A stretch of 60,996 nt of DNA, the filler included, from Dugesia japonica (Eukaryota): NCBI GenBank assembly GCA_001938525.1. It is 6 parts of 6 records of this genome, joined end to end, with 100 filler letters (N's around TTAATTAATTAA, not from the genome) between each part and the next. Parts side by side here need not be neighbours in the genome. Positions count along the whole stretch, not along the records: positions 9,616 to 17,914 come from MQRL01620389.1; positions 18,015 to 29,356 come from MQRL01553240.1; 4 more parts are not named here. The stretch is one strand, 5' to 3'. Under the pieces are notes generated by a model. The model was not told the origin of the DNA. It made no database searches and worked only from the letters and a program-made list of their open reading frames with translations. Position numbers and translations under genes: made by a program. Shown here piece by piece: positions 11,773 through 24,958 of the stretch (the first letter of the stretch is position 1; the number at the start of each line of letters is the position of its first letter).

Positions 11773-12514
11773 CGAGAATAACGCCTAACAATACTTGATG
11801 AGGAAAGTGTGCTCCTATAATAGCACGACTCATACATATGAGTAACACTCCAATAATTGAGAAAATCTTTGTAGCACGTTTTACACAACTATATCAATAA
11901 TTATTATCATTTTCAAGTAAAATTCATAAAAAAAATATCACGTTTCAGGAAAACAATTACACCACATCAATAGAAGTATTGTTGAAACAGCAGTTGTTAC
12001 AAATGCATGTCCAGACGGAGTTCCAGGACTAATTTCGCACGTACTTGGATACTGCTTAATAGCAATACGACAATAATAAGCAGCATTCTCCTTTACCCAC
12101 CAATACGGTCTGTCGCCTTGAATTAATCTAAAAAACGAATTTATGCGTAATTAAAAGAGCAATTGTAACATTTTAAATAAAGTATTCAATGCTTCTGCTA
12201 TAACTGCTGCCCACAAAACTGACAGACCATAATGAGGTCCTATGAAAAAAACTATTGGAAAAATAAAGTAATATGAAACTCCTGGCTTGGTTAATCGGGA
12301 AATTAATTCAAAAAATGGTAAAATAGGCTGGAAATAATTAAAATAATAGAAAATATTAAAATTAGATTACTTCAAAGAAATATTGTAATTTTTGAATGAC
12401 TCGTATACCATAATAATGGTAATATAAATGATTTCCAAACTTAACTAGCTATATAAAAAATGAATTATTTTTTGTCATATTTTCACATTTTCCAAATACC
12501 TGTGAACAATTCAT
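11773..12514 (-). CDS. G6PC: Glucose-6-phosphatase (PAP2 family), five 5' exons; 3' half unresolved
   Basis: Exons about 12514-12500, 12448-12371, 12327-12170, 12127-~11962 and 11888-11773, with GT-AG introns. Motifs LNTLFK..IQGDRPYWWV, IKQYPSTCEISPGTPSGHA and CMSRAIIGAHFPHQVLLGV. Confidence 0.9.
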
Positions 12515-13074
12515 TAATAATCATTTTTAAGTGTCATTTTAAATTTGTTTTTGAATTACTCCTGAAAACTAAAAATTATTTCAAATTTACTTCGAAATGG
12601 AAATTTAAACAAAGTATAATTTGATTACTAAAGTTCGTGATTTACAAACTCTGTCTTTTATAATTTATTTATGGCTTTTTTNNNNNNNNNNNNNNNNNNN
12701 NNNNNNNNNNNNNNNNNNNNNNNNNNNNNNNNNNNNNNNNNNNNNNNNNNNNNNNNNNNNNNNNNNNNNNNNNNNNNNNNNNNNNNNNNNNNNNNNNNNN
12801 NNNNNNNNNNNNNNNNNNNNNNNNNNNNNNNNNNNNNNNNNNNNNNNNCTCCTGATTTATAATTACATCAAAATTAAATCAGTTAATTCAAACAAATAAA
12901 GACAATAGGTTTTTTTAACCAAAATATATTAAACCAATATTATCGGCGATAGCTCTGTATCTGTAAAATTATAATAATTTTTCAATTGGATCTAGAAAAG
13001 TTTAATTTATGGAAATTTTTAGTAAATTTTATATAAAATTATAATCTATTACACAATCAAAATTTTCAATTTAC

Positions 13075-13123
13075 GCCGGGGCCGGATTACACATCTTGGT
13101 GGGCTCGCAGTTGCCTACCTCTG
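13075..13123. mobile_element. hAT-type terminal remnant
   Basis: Reverse complement reads CAGAGGTAGGCAACTGCGAGCCC, a typical hAT terminus. No partner end seen. Confidence 0.45.
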
Positions 13124-16085
13124 ATTTAAATAATTCTTAAAATAAATAGTTAAATAATTAAAATCATTTAGCAATTTGTATTCTTTAAAATTCCGATATA
13201 GATTCTTTAGGATAAATACTATAAATAAAATGTAGTTATTGATAATTGCCAGTAATGAATATCAGCTTTCCATAGTGAGTCAGTGAGTGAATGGGTTGTT
13301 TACATTTTATATCTTATACAACAAAATTTAGAAGTGAAAATTATATTGCAATTAACCATGTAATATTTTATGCAAAATAACAATTTCCAAAGGTTTGACA
13401 AAATTTTCGATACCATCCTTCTGCAAAGTAATAAGTGTTTCATTGAAATACCAAGTCAGGGCAGAATTGACAAATGTCATTGTGTAAAACGTTTTGTCTC
13501 GAAAAAAAATGTTGAAGAGATTGGAACAAAAAGTAATTTGAAGGTGTGATTTCTCAGGTATATGTAGGCTCAGCCATTACTTGCCACTGAAAGGCTTGCA
13601 GTTTTACTGAAACGACTTTATTTAATTTATTATTATATTGATATTTATAAATTAAAATCACCTACACGCGTTTTCAGGATTTATCATTTGGAGTCAGAAA
13701 TATTATTGTTAAATCTTACCCACGAGACTTAACACAGATCGATTTTCCTCAAATCTTTTTCTCTTTTTATTTTTGCTTAATTTCATTTTCAAACAAATTC
13801 TATATTACTTCTTATATCTGTGCATCAAAATTCAGTGACTGAATATGTAACTTAATGATTATCACTTCAAATTTTGTCATTATCTTAATTTTTACAGATG
13901 CATTTGTCCATATCCCACATTCCACTTATTTATCATAAACATATTTTCTCTGTTTAATAATATTTTCTTTAATTTGTTGCCTTAATTGATCTAATTAATT
14001 TCCAAGGCTCGCTTCAACCGTTATTCATTCTTTATCTTTCTTTAAAATTTTGTTTTAATATTACAGATATAGTTTTAGTCTTATTTATCGCTTTAATAGT
14101 TTTTCTTTTTGACTATCCGGTTTTTACTTTAGCATAAATATATTTTTAATAATAACATGAATTATGTGATTTCTTTAACAGTTACTGTTATTCGGCATAA
14201 ATAACGTAAAAGAGAGCCTTGAAATATAATTTATGAAATTACTCCATAATTAATTTTCTTCTATGTTTGTCAGAAATATCTTCAAAGTTTTAAAAGAATT
14301 TTATTTCTAATTTTTGGCAGTTCTGTAGTTGTGTAATACCGTTACTTATACCTTTAGTAACACCTTTACTAATGCTAAGTACCAGCGCGGGATCTTCTTA
14401 ATCTGTCTACATTCTTTGACTAAGTGCCCCATTATTTTTCTATGTTTTGCTACTTCTTATCAAGTTATCGTAATCAAAGATTTTCAGTATGTATAATAAT
14501 AGTGGTTAGTTCTAACATAAATATATGATTTATTGTTTACAACTGCAAAATTATTTTCAATGAGTTTCTCCGTTTGAGTTTTAAATGCTTCATTTAATGA
14601 CTTATGTAAATAATGCAATAATCAGATTTATGACATGGTGTCCTCTTCAAAGTGACGCTTGCACGTGACGCAGGCTTTGAAGTCCCACTTACGTCGGTCC
14701 TATTAATACCTGTACTAATATAGTTATTCAATGCATAATACGCACGTCATTTGGTTGTGTGACTCTTTAAATTTATTTAAGTTTTTGAAAATCAAAACTT
14801 TTTATCATACAAATGGTTGGATTTGCGATCCTTTCATCTTTGGCCTCGGTGCTTATCCATGATGTATGAACTCCATTTTACGTATAATTCTAGTATTTTC
14901 TGCTTATTTTAATTACAACATGTTAAATTAAAAATATTTATAAAAAGATGTTCTTTTTCATAATTTTTAATAATTTTTTATTATGAACCTTTTTAATAAA
15001 TTGATTACTAATCAACGATTTGTTTACTGATTTAGTAATTAAATTGATTTTCAGTTGACTGCAATTTTATAAAATAATATAGATTAATTAATTATAAAAC
15101 AACATAATTGAATAACATTGCTGACTTCTCACAACAATTAATTAGTTAAATTTTAATATTTTGGAATCCTAGGTGGGCCATTATCCGTAACATTTTGTTT
15201 ACTTAATTAGTAATATCCAGTTCGATTTCCAGTAGTCTTCGTTATCCCATTCAGTAAAAGTAGGTTATCTTTATCAAAATGTTATCAAACGAGGTGATAA
15301 TCAAACCAAGGATTCTGAAACTGATGTCACTTGTAAAAGATCAAAATCAAAATTATCCATTTGATATAATTTATAATGAAGTCGGGAATTGCTGTTTTCG
15401 TCATTTAATGTCATTTGATAATAGTATTTTTTATGATTTTATTTATTCTCATCATTTGATATTATTTTATTTTTAAACAATATTTTACTGAATTTACGAT
15501 TTATTTTCATCATTTTGAATATCGTTATCTCCTAACAAGTTCATTATCATAATGGTTTTTGATTTTATGATTTTCTTTATTTAAATTTGTGGTTTTCCCT
15601 GTTTAATATTATTTTGATTTCTTTTTAAATATTTTTGAATATTATTATTTTTAGCGTTGTATTGGGCTATGTTCGTTTTGAAATAATGTTATTTTTTATA
15701 AGTATGTATATTGTGTTATTTTATTTTTCCGTTCCAAGCATATCATTGGCTTCAATCCCAATAAAAATAAATTATTTCTATAAAATCGCTTTTTAAAATT
15801 TTATATTGCATTAAAATTTTCCAGTTTACATTAAAATTAAAGTATTTTACTATGATTATATTAAAAGCACATTTGATTTTAATATAATCTCAAAATCTAT
15901 TAATACTAAAATTAGTATTCCATAAAAATAAAGTTGCATTAATTTATTGTCAACCTAAATATTAAATTCTATAATTTAATAAATAATATTCTGATTTAAA
16001 ATAAGTTGTTTTACTTTTCCTTGTAAATTATTATGATTGTTAATGTTTGAAAAGCTAATTTTAGAAAATTATAAATTATTATAGA

Positions 16086-16602
16086 ATGAGCTCCATTGGT
16101 AGCCTAAGATTAAAAAAAGATTATTTAAAACTTAAAAGAGACCCTATTCCATTTATTATTGCTGAACCGTTATCTTCCAATATATTTGAATGGCATTACG
16201 TTATAGAAGGTCCTAAAGATAGTGATTATTACGGAGGATTTTATCACGGCTATTTAAAGTTTTCTCAAGAATATCCTTTTAAAGCTCCATCAATATATAT
16301 GATCACACCTAATGGTCGCTTTCAGTGTCGTACTAGGTATTTATCAGTTTAAGTTCATGCATAAAAAATGTAATGTTATTAGGTTATGCTTGTCCATTAG
16401 TGATTTTCACCAAGAATCTTGGAATCCATCTTGGTGCGTTGGTACAATATTGACTGGGCTACTCAGTTTCATGTTAGAAGAATCACCTACCTTTGGAAGT
16501 ATTTCAAGTAGTAAAGAATCGCGATGGCAGTTAGCCCGCGAAAGCTTAGAATTTAACATAAAAAATAGTGTATTTACTGAACTTTTTCCTAAAACTGTTG
16601 AG
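16086..16602 (+). CDS. UBE2J2: Ubiquitin-conjugating enzyme E2 J2 (Ubc6 family), exons 16086-16336 and 16383-16602; last exon not identified
   Basis: RLKKDY...EWHYVIEGP...YPFKAPSIYMITPNGRF..TR|LCLSISDFHQESWNPSW..TILTGLLSFMLE, with an in-phase 46-nt GT-AG intron. Confidence 0.95.
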
Positions 16603-16834
16603 GTAATGTCTAGTTATTCTAAATAATTTCTTTTTAATTATTTTTAAAGTAAATAAAATCTTTGAATATTATAATATTAAATTTAAAAAATTGTGTGATA
16701 AGATATTAATCAAATGAAGCGAAACAGTTTGAATTTAATTACTATTCTGACTATTTTACGTGTTATGACAGGTTTGTCTAAAATCTGATCCATTTTCTCT
16801 TCTAAATAAAATTCAGAAAATTAATATTCAGATA

Positions 16835-16984
16835 AGTGGTTCTCAAATTTTTTTGTGATTTCTTGCTTGTCGGTATTATTGTAATTTTTACACGTACGAG
16901 TTTCACGTCATGTTTGGTATAGGGTAAAATAGTACAAAAGTGATGAAAAGTAAATTGTGGCCCGAGAAAGTTTGGGCAACCCTG
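16835..16984. mobile_element. Possible short non-autonomous hAT element
   Basis: Ends AGTGGTTCTCAAA and TTTGGGCAACCCTG resemble hAT TIRs but match each other poorly. Confidence 0.3.
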
Positions 16985-17139
16985 TGTTATGATATTGTAA
17001 AACCTTGAATAATTATAAAAGAACTTGCATTAGTTATATAAATTCTCTAATACTTATCCGTATTAAATGTGTGTAGAAATTAATTGCAGCTAAAGCACGC
17101 ATACAAATGTCATTTAAAGTTCATTTTCTTTACAATAAT

Positions 17140-17600
17140 ATTAATAAGACGTCAGTCGGAAACAATTTATAATGTACCATACTGTTTATGTTCCGCTATT
17201 CTCAATTCAAATTTATTTGTTGAACATTTTCGAATATTTTAGTCTCTTTCGCTAAATCTATAACAATATGGAACGGTTATTCGCGTAAATATAACTTATC
17301 AACTAAATCCATTAAATCTGAAGCTTTTCAACTTTGGAAGAAACATTTGTTCATCTTGATGAGGATATTTATCCAAAATTATTTTCATTGCTCTCCATTA
17401 ATTTTATATTACCTGTTAGTGAAGCTTCAGAGGAGAGGACTTTCTAATGCTTTTATAAAGATTAAAAACTTATTTAAGAAATAAAATAAGGTAAGATAGA
17501 TTGTTAGGTTTAGCGTTATTAAATATCCATAGGAATATAGATGCTAAACTTGATGGTGTGTTAAATTGATTTACTTGCCTATAGTGGAAATAAGAGGATA
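17140..17600 (+). mobile_element. hAT transposase C-terminal remnant
   Basis: YPKLFSLL...ILPVSEASEERTF / KIKTYLRNKIR*DRLLGLALLNIHR (dimerisation domain). Confidence 0.85.
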
Positions 17601-17714
17601 GATTTCGTAAATAAAATAAGAATTAATTTAATTTAAACCAAATACTATTATCTTTAGTTCTGATTACAGTAGTAGATAAGGAATTTTATTGTTATATAGG
17701 CTAAATAGGTCTAG

Positions 17715-17914
17715 GACATTTCCCCCAGGTTATTCCCCCCTACCATTTCATACCATGATATTCACCCCTAACCAATGTCACCCAGGATATTCCCCCTAAC
17801 CAATTTTACGCAGGATATCCCCTAACCAATTTTAACCAAAATATTCCCCCTAACCAATTTTACCCAGGATATTCCCCCTAACCAATTTTACCCAGGATAT
17901 TCCCCCTAACCAAT
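17715..17914. repeat. Minisatellite of about 28 bp (CCCCCTAACCAATTTTACCCAGGATATT)
   Basis: About 7 copies that become more uniform toward the contig end. Confidence 0.95.
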
Positions 17915-18014
17915 NNNNNNNNNNNNNNNNNNNNNNNNNNNNNNNNNNNNNNNNNNNNTTAATTAATTAANNNNNNNNNNNNNNNNNNNNNNNNNNNNNN
18001 NNNNNNNNNNNNNN

Positions 18015-19350
18015 TAAAGTACATCGCACACAGCCATGTTAAATTATCTACCCGATCTATCAATTGAATTTCTAATATAGTTTTTCACTCTTAAGTACAT
18101 AAAACGATCGTTCTTCAGAAGCATTACTTATTGGTAGATACGCAAAATTGTTTCCACAATTCAAAATAAGGACTGTAGACCACGTACCACTAGCTGATAC
18201 ATATCGATGCGATTTGTAATGTTTTCATTTTTTGCGAGGATCATAAATTGATCAAGCTCATCCTCAACTATATCACAGTCAATGTCATCCCTGAATGCAT
18301 CCATTCAAGTTTTTATCATGTTTATCACTTCCATTGTTAGATCTTTCTTTTGCAAAAAATACTCCAAACCAGCTGTTTATTTCATTAAAAGCTTTCGTGC
18401 TGTTTCTGTGTTCTACAACTAACTTGTCGCAAACAACGTTCAAAGTTCCAAAAAATAATTTTTCCCGTCCTTCCAACATGAGGTCATTATCGGTAGTTTC
18501 GTCAAAAAACTAAGTACGTTTACACGGCCTTTTATCTTCATACGCAGTGTCATTGTTTTCAATATCAAGTATATGTCTTGCCTTGGTCTCTATTCATGGG
18601 AAATTTTGTAAAATATTCATCGCAAACTGTAGACCAAATATTTCTGTCTACAGTTCGCAAAATTCTTGTTATTGCTTTTCAGAAATGAATCAAATTCAGC
18701 AAGATAATGCAGACAAGTCAAATAATTTCTTTGTTTGTAGAATTTCTGGATTCTATGTGCACTCTAAATGCTAGTTCTTTGGCAGAAAGCAATTTCACGG
18801 TCGCAACTACCATTTTTAGAACATCCCTTCAAAATTGCTATTGTTTTTAAGATGTTTTACCATTTCTGTATAAATGAACACTTCTTAAACCAAGCGTTTT
18901 AAATACGTCATCATTGAGTACCAGGGATCTTTTNNNNNNNNNNNNNNNNNNNNNNNNNNNNNNNNNNNNNNNNNNNNNNNNNNTATGCAGTTAGTACTGC
19001 TGACACGCTTTTCTAATCAAAATAACCATTCGTTAGTTGTGTATTCTTAGTAGAAAACAACTTACAAATGTAGTAATAAATAGTGCCGATTGTTTCACTA
19101 TACCTTAACCATTCACGTTTTCTCGGATTCCGTTTGATTTTTGTAAGTAAAAAGTGTTCTCAGAAAAATGTCGATTGTATCTTCTATATCGATCTTTGAC
19201 CTGCATTCTATGCATGCTTTTGCTCATTTTAAAATCCATCTCTTTTGGTTTCTGAGTCAAAAGGTGTTCCCTCAACTTTTCAGTTATATTATCAGGCCAC
19301 TGGCCAATATCTTAAGGATGTACCACTTCAGTTTCAGGGAATGTATTATT
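18015..19350 (-). mobile_element. hAT (ZMYM1/DUF4371-type) transposase remnant with internal deletions
   Basis: KREWLRYSE...YYICKLF (TTF-like finger); VKLLSAKELAFRVH; C-terminal VETILRIY...VKNYIRNS. Confidence 0.8.
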
Positions 19351-19489
19351 GNNNNNNNNNNNNNNNNNNNNNNNNNNNNNNNNNNNNNNNNNNNNNNNNN
19401 NNNNNNNNNNNNNNNNNNNNNNNNNNNNNNNNNNNNNNNNNNNNNNNNNNNNNNNNNNTGTAATTTCATAATTAATTTAATAAATTATT

Positions 19490-20260
19490 AAAAGAAATAG
19501 GCAAATTATTATGTCATACTGGCATATATATATACAGACAAATTACACTTGAAAAAGTGTACGAATATATGAGAAATAAATAAATTACAAAGAATTTGTA
19601 GAGCCAAATACAGGAGATTGTTTGTAGCTGTGAAATTTGTCAGATGACCAAATNTGGCGACAGCGACTAAGTAAAAGACAAAGAGATTAGAAGAGGTGAA
19701 TTTGTTTACAGTAGTATTCACAGATATATGTTAGTGGATGAAGAAAATATATTCTTGGAATAATAGACCATTTCAGTAAGTATCTAGTTCTTATCGCATT
19801 GCCTAGACAATAAGAGGAAACAATAAAAAAATTATTCTTGAGAAGTGGATATTTAGATTTAGATAACCAAGAGATATAAGACTGTTATATATAACCAAGA
19901 GATATAAGAGATATAAGTATGTGAAAAAGCTTTTGATTCCGAAGTTTTTAGAGAGTTCATACAGAAACTAGACATTAAACGTTTTTTAGAGGTCCTATCA
20001 TCACAGTGCAAACTGGAAATTAAAAGACAGTGTGAAAAAATTTAAAATTGAATTATTGCTATATTTCAAGATAGAGGGGCATCAAATTTGGTAGACATAT
20101 TACCGGAAATACCACTTACGAATAGTAAGTTATGATGAACGCCACAAAGCAGAAGATATCTGGAAAGAGTTTCCGTTGAGATCCTATTTGTAAAGAAAAT
20201 TAGCAGATTAAAGTCGAATGATTTAGAACTAAGAGAACTAAAAAAAACATTTCAGAAGTA
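19490..20260 (+). mobile_element. Gypsy integrase remnant, same family as 370-1320
   Basis: KLLCHTG; VVFTDIC; KYILGIIDHFSKYLVLIALPRQ*EETI...EKWIFRF. Confidence 0.9.
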
Positions 20261-21989
20261 ACAATTTATTACGTATTCTGAGAGGCTTAAGTATATTAAA
20301 GTGGATGTTAAGAGATTTCTATGTTTTTATCTTAAATTTTACTTAACTTTAGTTATTCGATTTATTTTAATGTGAATTATTATGTTTGTGGAGAAATGTT
20401 GTAGGCCATAAGAGAGTCTACAAAAAAAGTGGCTGTGTAGGGACACTTAGTGTGTATGATGTATATTATTATTTAAAAAATACAATATGTAATTACACAG
20501 AAATATTAGTAATAAGTGAACAAAATGCTAAACCATAACGAACAAAATTTATTACAAATTTAAAAGTAAATTATTATTCGTTAATAGAAGTCATTTTTCC
20601 ACAATAAATTTGAGTTGAAATAAGAATTAGTTCCAGATCTTTCAAATAATTAAGGATTAATCTTTTCAGTTCCATTTCCAACTGAATCAATTTTTTTATA
20701 CCTCCAATTTCTTAAATTCAATTTAAATTTCTGCAGTCTTTTGTGTGTAAACAATATTTTTCAAATTTTTCTCTTATCAGCCGTTACCAAGAATTTGATC
20801 ATTTAATTTAAAATTTAAATTCATATTTTATTTTCTGTCAATTTAATTTATCGATGTTTTTTTAATTCTATATAATTTTGTACCATTATAAAGTTTAATT
20901 ATAATAATAATAATACATGTCAAGAAGAACAATGTATTGTACATTATGTATATATGTATGTCTGTAAAATATTTATAATATAACTGTTATTATATATTTT
21001 ACACATAAAAAATTGTAAATAATAAAAATAACTTTACATTAAAATGCCTCCTTTAAAACGAGAGATTAATACAACTGTTCTAAAAAAATGAATTGTGTGT
21101 TTTGGTTATTTTCTCTGTAGATAAGATTACAATAATAAAAGAAGTATCTGCAATTTTTACAAAAGAATTATCATTATTTGGACATGTTATTTTTACTGTG
21201 TGTTATGTAATGTACACAAAAAGTCGTAAAAAACACAACAACAGAAATCACAATGAGACATCATGAATTGTTTGTTTTGTTTGTGTGAGTGTAAATAATA
21301 AAGTTTTCTTGTGAAATAGTTTGTGTTTTTTGATAATGTATTTTTCGTGAAAAGTTTCGATCGTTGTTTAACTATTTTTTATTATATGGCTTGGTTCAGC
21401 TGATGTTTATTTTTACTTCTTTTTCATCGAGAATTAGGGTTAATTTATATTTGATTAATTTATATGGGCCTGAGTGTTTGGCTTCAAAACCAATTGTGAG
21501 AGGTTTTTTCGCTAATGCATAGTCTGTTGTGAGAAAAATTTTATTCCGGGATTGTGGTTTGTTTTTCTTTAGTATACTCTTTGGTTCCGTTGTTTTTGTT
21601 TTCTCCGTTGTTTTCTGTTTTTTAGCGCTAGTTATCTTGGTTTCTTTTAATGTGGGAATGGTTGTTTGTTTTTCCTATACCATTTGCTTAAGATTTTGAT
21701 TATTTGTTGTGGTTGGGTTCTGTCGTAACCCTATCAATGTTTGTGGCGGTTTTTCGAGCCATGTTTTGCCAATTGTAATTACATACACAGAATTACCATT
21801 AGTAAGCTTTGTGATCTAAAAAGAATTGACTATTGTTTGTAATTCTTCTGCGATTTGTCTTTATTTGTTCAGTAAGGATTTTATTTCTTCGGATATGGCT
21901 GTATTTTAGTTTGCATTTTCTTTTTGTGGTAACGGTCACTACTCCGATATCAATTTTGTTGTGCGTAGTTTTGTTGAACATCGCTGTAT

Positions 21990-22920
21990 TTAATGGGTTA
22001 CAATTTTTTTCGCTTTCTATTAATTTCCTACTATGACAATTGACCAACAGTTTGTGAGATGTCAGGAAATTTGCTCTTATTATGGCCTGTTGGATTTCAG
22101 CAATTGTAAAGGTCCATTTGTAGGTTCTGTTATTAGCGGTGATTTGTAATTCCTATTAACAAATGTCTGAATAGTTAAACCATAGGCTGTTGTTAATGAT
22201 TTGTTTGTTTTGGAGCTATTTTATAAAGGTAGTTAGGAAGTAGTGAAATTACTGAACCGGTATTTATTAGAAATTTAAAATTAATTGAATGTACCGTGAA
22301 AGTGTAATTATTGTCACCGAATGTAGGTGCTACCACAAGTGACATTTTTTAATTTTCTTGCTTGTGATTGTATGTGCACGGTTTGATGCAATTGTAGGCT
22401 TTTCTACCAAATTTTTTATGAAAATAACACAGGTTGGTGTTTTTATTGTCGGATTTGTTGCCAAATTGTTTGTGATCCCGGTTACTTGACTGAAACTGGT
22501 TTGGTGAGAAAGCACTAGAATGTACCCTATTGTCGTAATTTTGTCTTCGTCTTTGATAATTTCTTATTTCGATAATTTCCTCTCTGTTTTTCTTATTTTC
22601 TGTAAAAAAAATTGTTCATTTTCGACATCAGGGATTTTATCAGTAGTTTAATGTTTTTTCTTGGTTAATTTGATTATCTAGTGGATTTTCTGATAATTGT
22701 TATATTCTTTTGTGTCACAGATTGTAGGAAAAATTTTTTCATTTATTTTATCTGCGTTTCTACAAGTGTTTCTAGCTTGTCCGTTTTATTGGCAGCGAGG
22801 CTTTTCCGTATTTCTGGTGACATCACTTGTATAAAAAAACTATTCATAACTTGGTTGGGCCAGAGTTTGTTATATTTAGTTGGATATATTCTGAATTTTG
22901 TTTCTCTTGTTCTTGACATA
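21990..22920 (-). mobile_element. Gypsy (CsRn1/Mag-like) gag and protease remnant with no visible RT
   Basis: Gag end LCYFHKKFGRKAYNCIKPC; protease FLINTGSVISLLP...WTFTIAEIQQAIIRANFL. A direct repeat of about 40 bp at ~20997 and ~22942 may be LTR remnants. Confidence 0.75.
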
Positions 22921-23047
22921 CTATTATAATAATTACAGTTATTTTACACATAAAAAAATTGTGAATAATAAAAATAACTTTATAGTAATTATAGAGAATC
23001 CAAAATAGAAATGATGTCCTCGTCAATACAGAAACAAGAAATAAAAC

Positions 23048-23632
23048 CCAAGACAGATTTAAAAGTCCCCATCGATTAGTTGATAAGATTAATTAAGTAT
23101 GCTGTACACAAGTATGGATCCACAGGAGGGCAATGGAGAGATTTCCAAACTCAGAATTTTTCAAAAAAATATNTATATAACGACATGTAACGGCTACCCA
23201 CTGAAATGTTACGATGAATATTATTAAAATAGTAAATTAAATATACTATATTAAATTGAAGTGAATATGATAAAAAAAACTAATTATCATTTTAATATGT
23301 TTGTAGAATTTATGAATATTTGTGTGTCAATTTTCATAAACCGAAAGGTTATGCAGGAACAAAATTGAGCTGTATAATAGCTGGAAATTAGTTGTAGAAA
23401 ACGGAAAGAATTTGGATCGAATTTTGAGTTTTGTATTGGTATTGGAACTGATGGATGCTGAGTAAATTAAATTCAAAAAGCTGAAAATGCAGTTAACCGT
23501 CTTTGTTGCCACTATAGTTTAAATTTGTTGATTTCGATATCATCAAATGTCACAAGTATTTGAAATTCTATTGGGGTAATTAAGGAAACGATTTCATTTT
23601 AAAACTCTTCTTTCTTCGTGGGAGTAAAATAA
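23048..23632. repeat. Copy 1 of a diverged ~590-bp direct repeat (copy 2 at 26048-26782)
   Basis: Colinear from CCAAGACAGATTTAAAAGTC to TTCTTCGTGGGAGTAAAATAA. Confidence 0.95.
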
Positions 23633-23639
23633 GAAAATT

Positions 23640-24515
23640 TGCTAAACAAGATTGGGTCACTTCTCGAATTTTCAAACAATTTTGCGAACATAATACACGT
23701 TTTAAATGATTTTTCGGAATGAGCAAATATGAATACTTCTAATAAATCTGAAACATTGACAAATAATTTAACTAAATTTACTTTTCTAATTTTGTGGCAT
23801 ATTTTTACTTTTGAGTAAAATGTTTCAATAAAATAGATTAATTACATGCTATATATTTAATCGACTTGAAACTTTAGGAAACATTGAGAAAATTTTGATT
23901 CTCAGTGTGATATAATTTTCTAAAAAGCTACAATTTTAGCTAAATCACTTGATATAGAAATCGGAGTTTCAAGACAAATAAAACGACAAACAGAAATAAT
24001 GTTTCTAATTCTGGGTAGGAAGACTTTTACGAATGAGCATATATATTCCTCTGCTAAATATTATTGTGGATTGGAGAAATTAATTAATTTTGTGGATTTA
24101 AATACTTTAATGCCGAACAACTTAATAAATACTGACAAAAAATTTCTGAAACGAAAATCGACCAAATATCTAGTTACTTGGATAAAGTCATGGGTAAAAA
24201 AATAAAGTGAATTTATGAGTAAATTCTACTGAAACAACCCATTCAATCTGTAACTTCATAACTATCCACAACTTTTGAAGAAACATTTGTTTTTCTTTAT
24301 TCATTAATTTTATATGACCTGTTAGTATGGTTTCTTGGGAAAGAAGTTTCTCATGTTTTAAATGATTAAAGAAATAAATTAACTTAAGAAATAAAATGGG
24401 CCAAGATAGATTGATAGGTTTAGTGTTATTAAATCTTCTTAAGAATATTATCAAACTTGATGTAATAAATGTATATGCCAATTGTAGAAAAACGAGGCTA
24501 GATATTGTAATAAAA
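23640..24515 (+). mobile_element. hAT transposase remnant, related to 17140-17600
   Basis: PVSMVSWERSFS...LRNKMGQDRLIGLVLLN. Confidence 0.75.
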
Positions 24516-24707
24516 TATTTAGCACTTTAACTATTCAAACTATTTTTCTAACTCCTTTATGACTGCAGCAGTTCCTTATGGAAAAATTAAATTATAATTA
24601 ATTACTGATAAAAACATTTTTTTTAACCCAATACACCCATAATGCTCATTTTTTTATATAACACGGAAGTGCAGGATTCTTTTAAATTTGGTCATATGGC
24701 TTATTTT

Positions 24708-24958
24708 TAGTGCTGAAAATCCTCAAAGGTTAATGAAAATAATTTAGATGAAGACAAGCAATTTGATTAAAATAAAGAGAAAGCTTCGATCAAAATAAAA
24801 TGTGATTTTATTCAAATTTTTTACACTTGTCTTCTTTAGGAATCATCAGAAATCTTCTTCAGAGTCATCATTCCTGAAAAAAACAAGTGTCGAAAATTTG
24901 AATTTCTTTAAAAATACATTGTATTTTGATCGAAGTTTTCTCTTTATTTTAATGAAAT
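24708..24958. mobile_element. Inverted pair of Penelope-like pseudo-LTRs, each with a degenerate hammerhead
   Basis: Arms ~24762-24843 and ~24870-24958 are reverse complements. Their combined consensus is ATTC-CTGAAGA-AGACAAGTGTC-GAAA-AT-TT-GAAT. Confidence 0.65.

Noticed and set aside
14640-14760. Cys/His pattern on the minus strand (CVLC...CVTCKRHF), PHD- or THAP-like
   Set aside because: Too short and interrupted by stops to assign.
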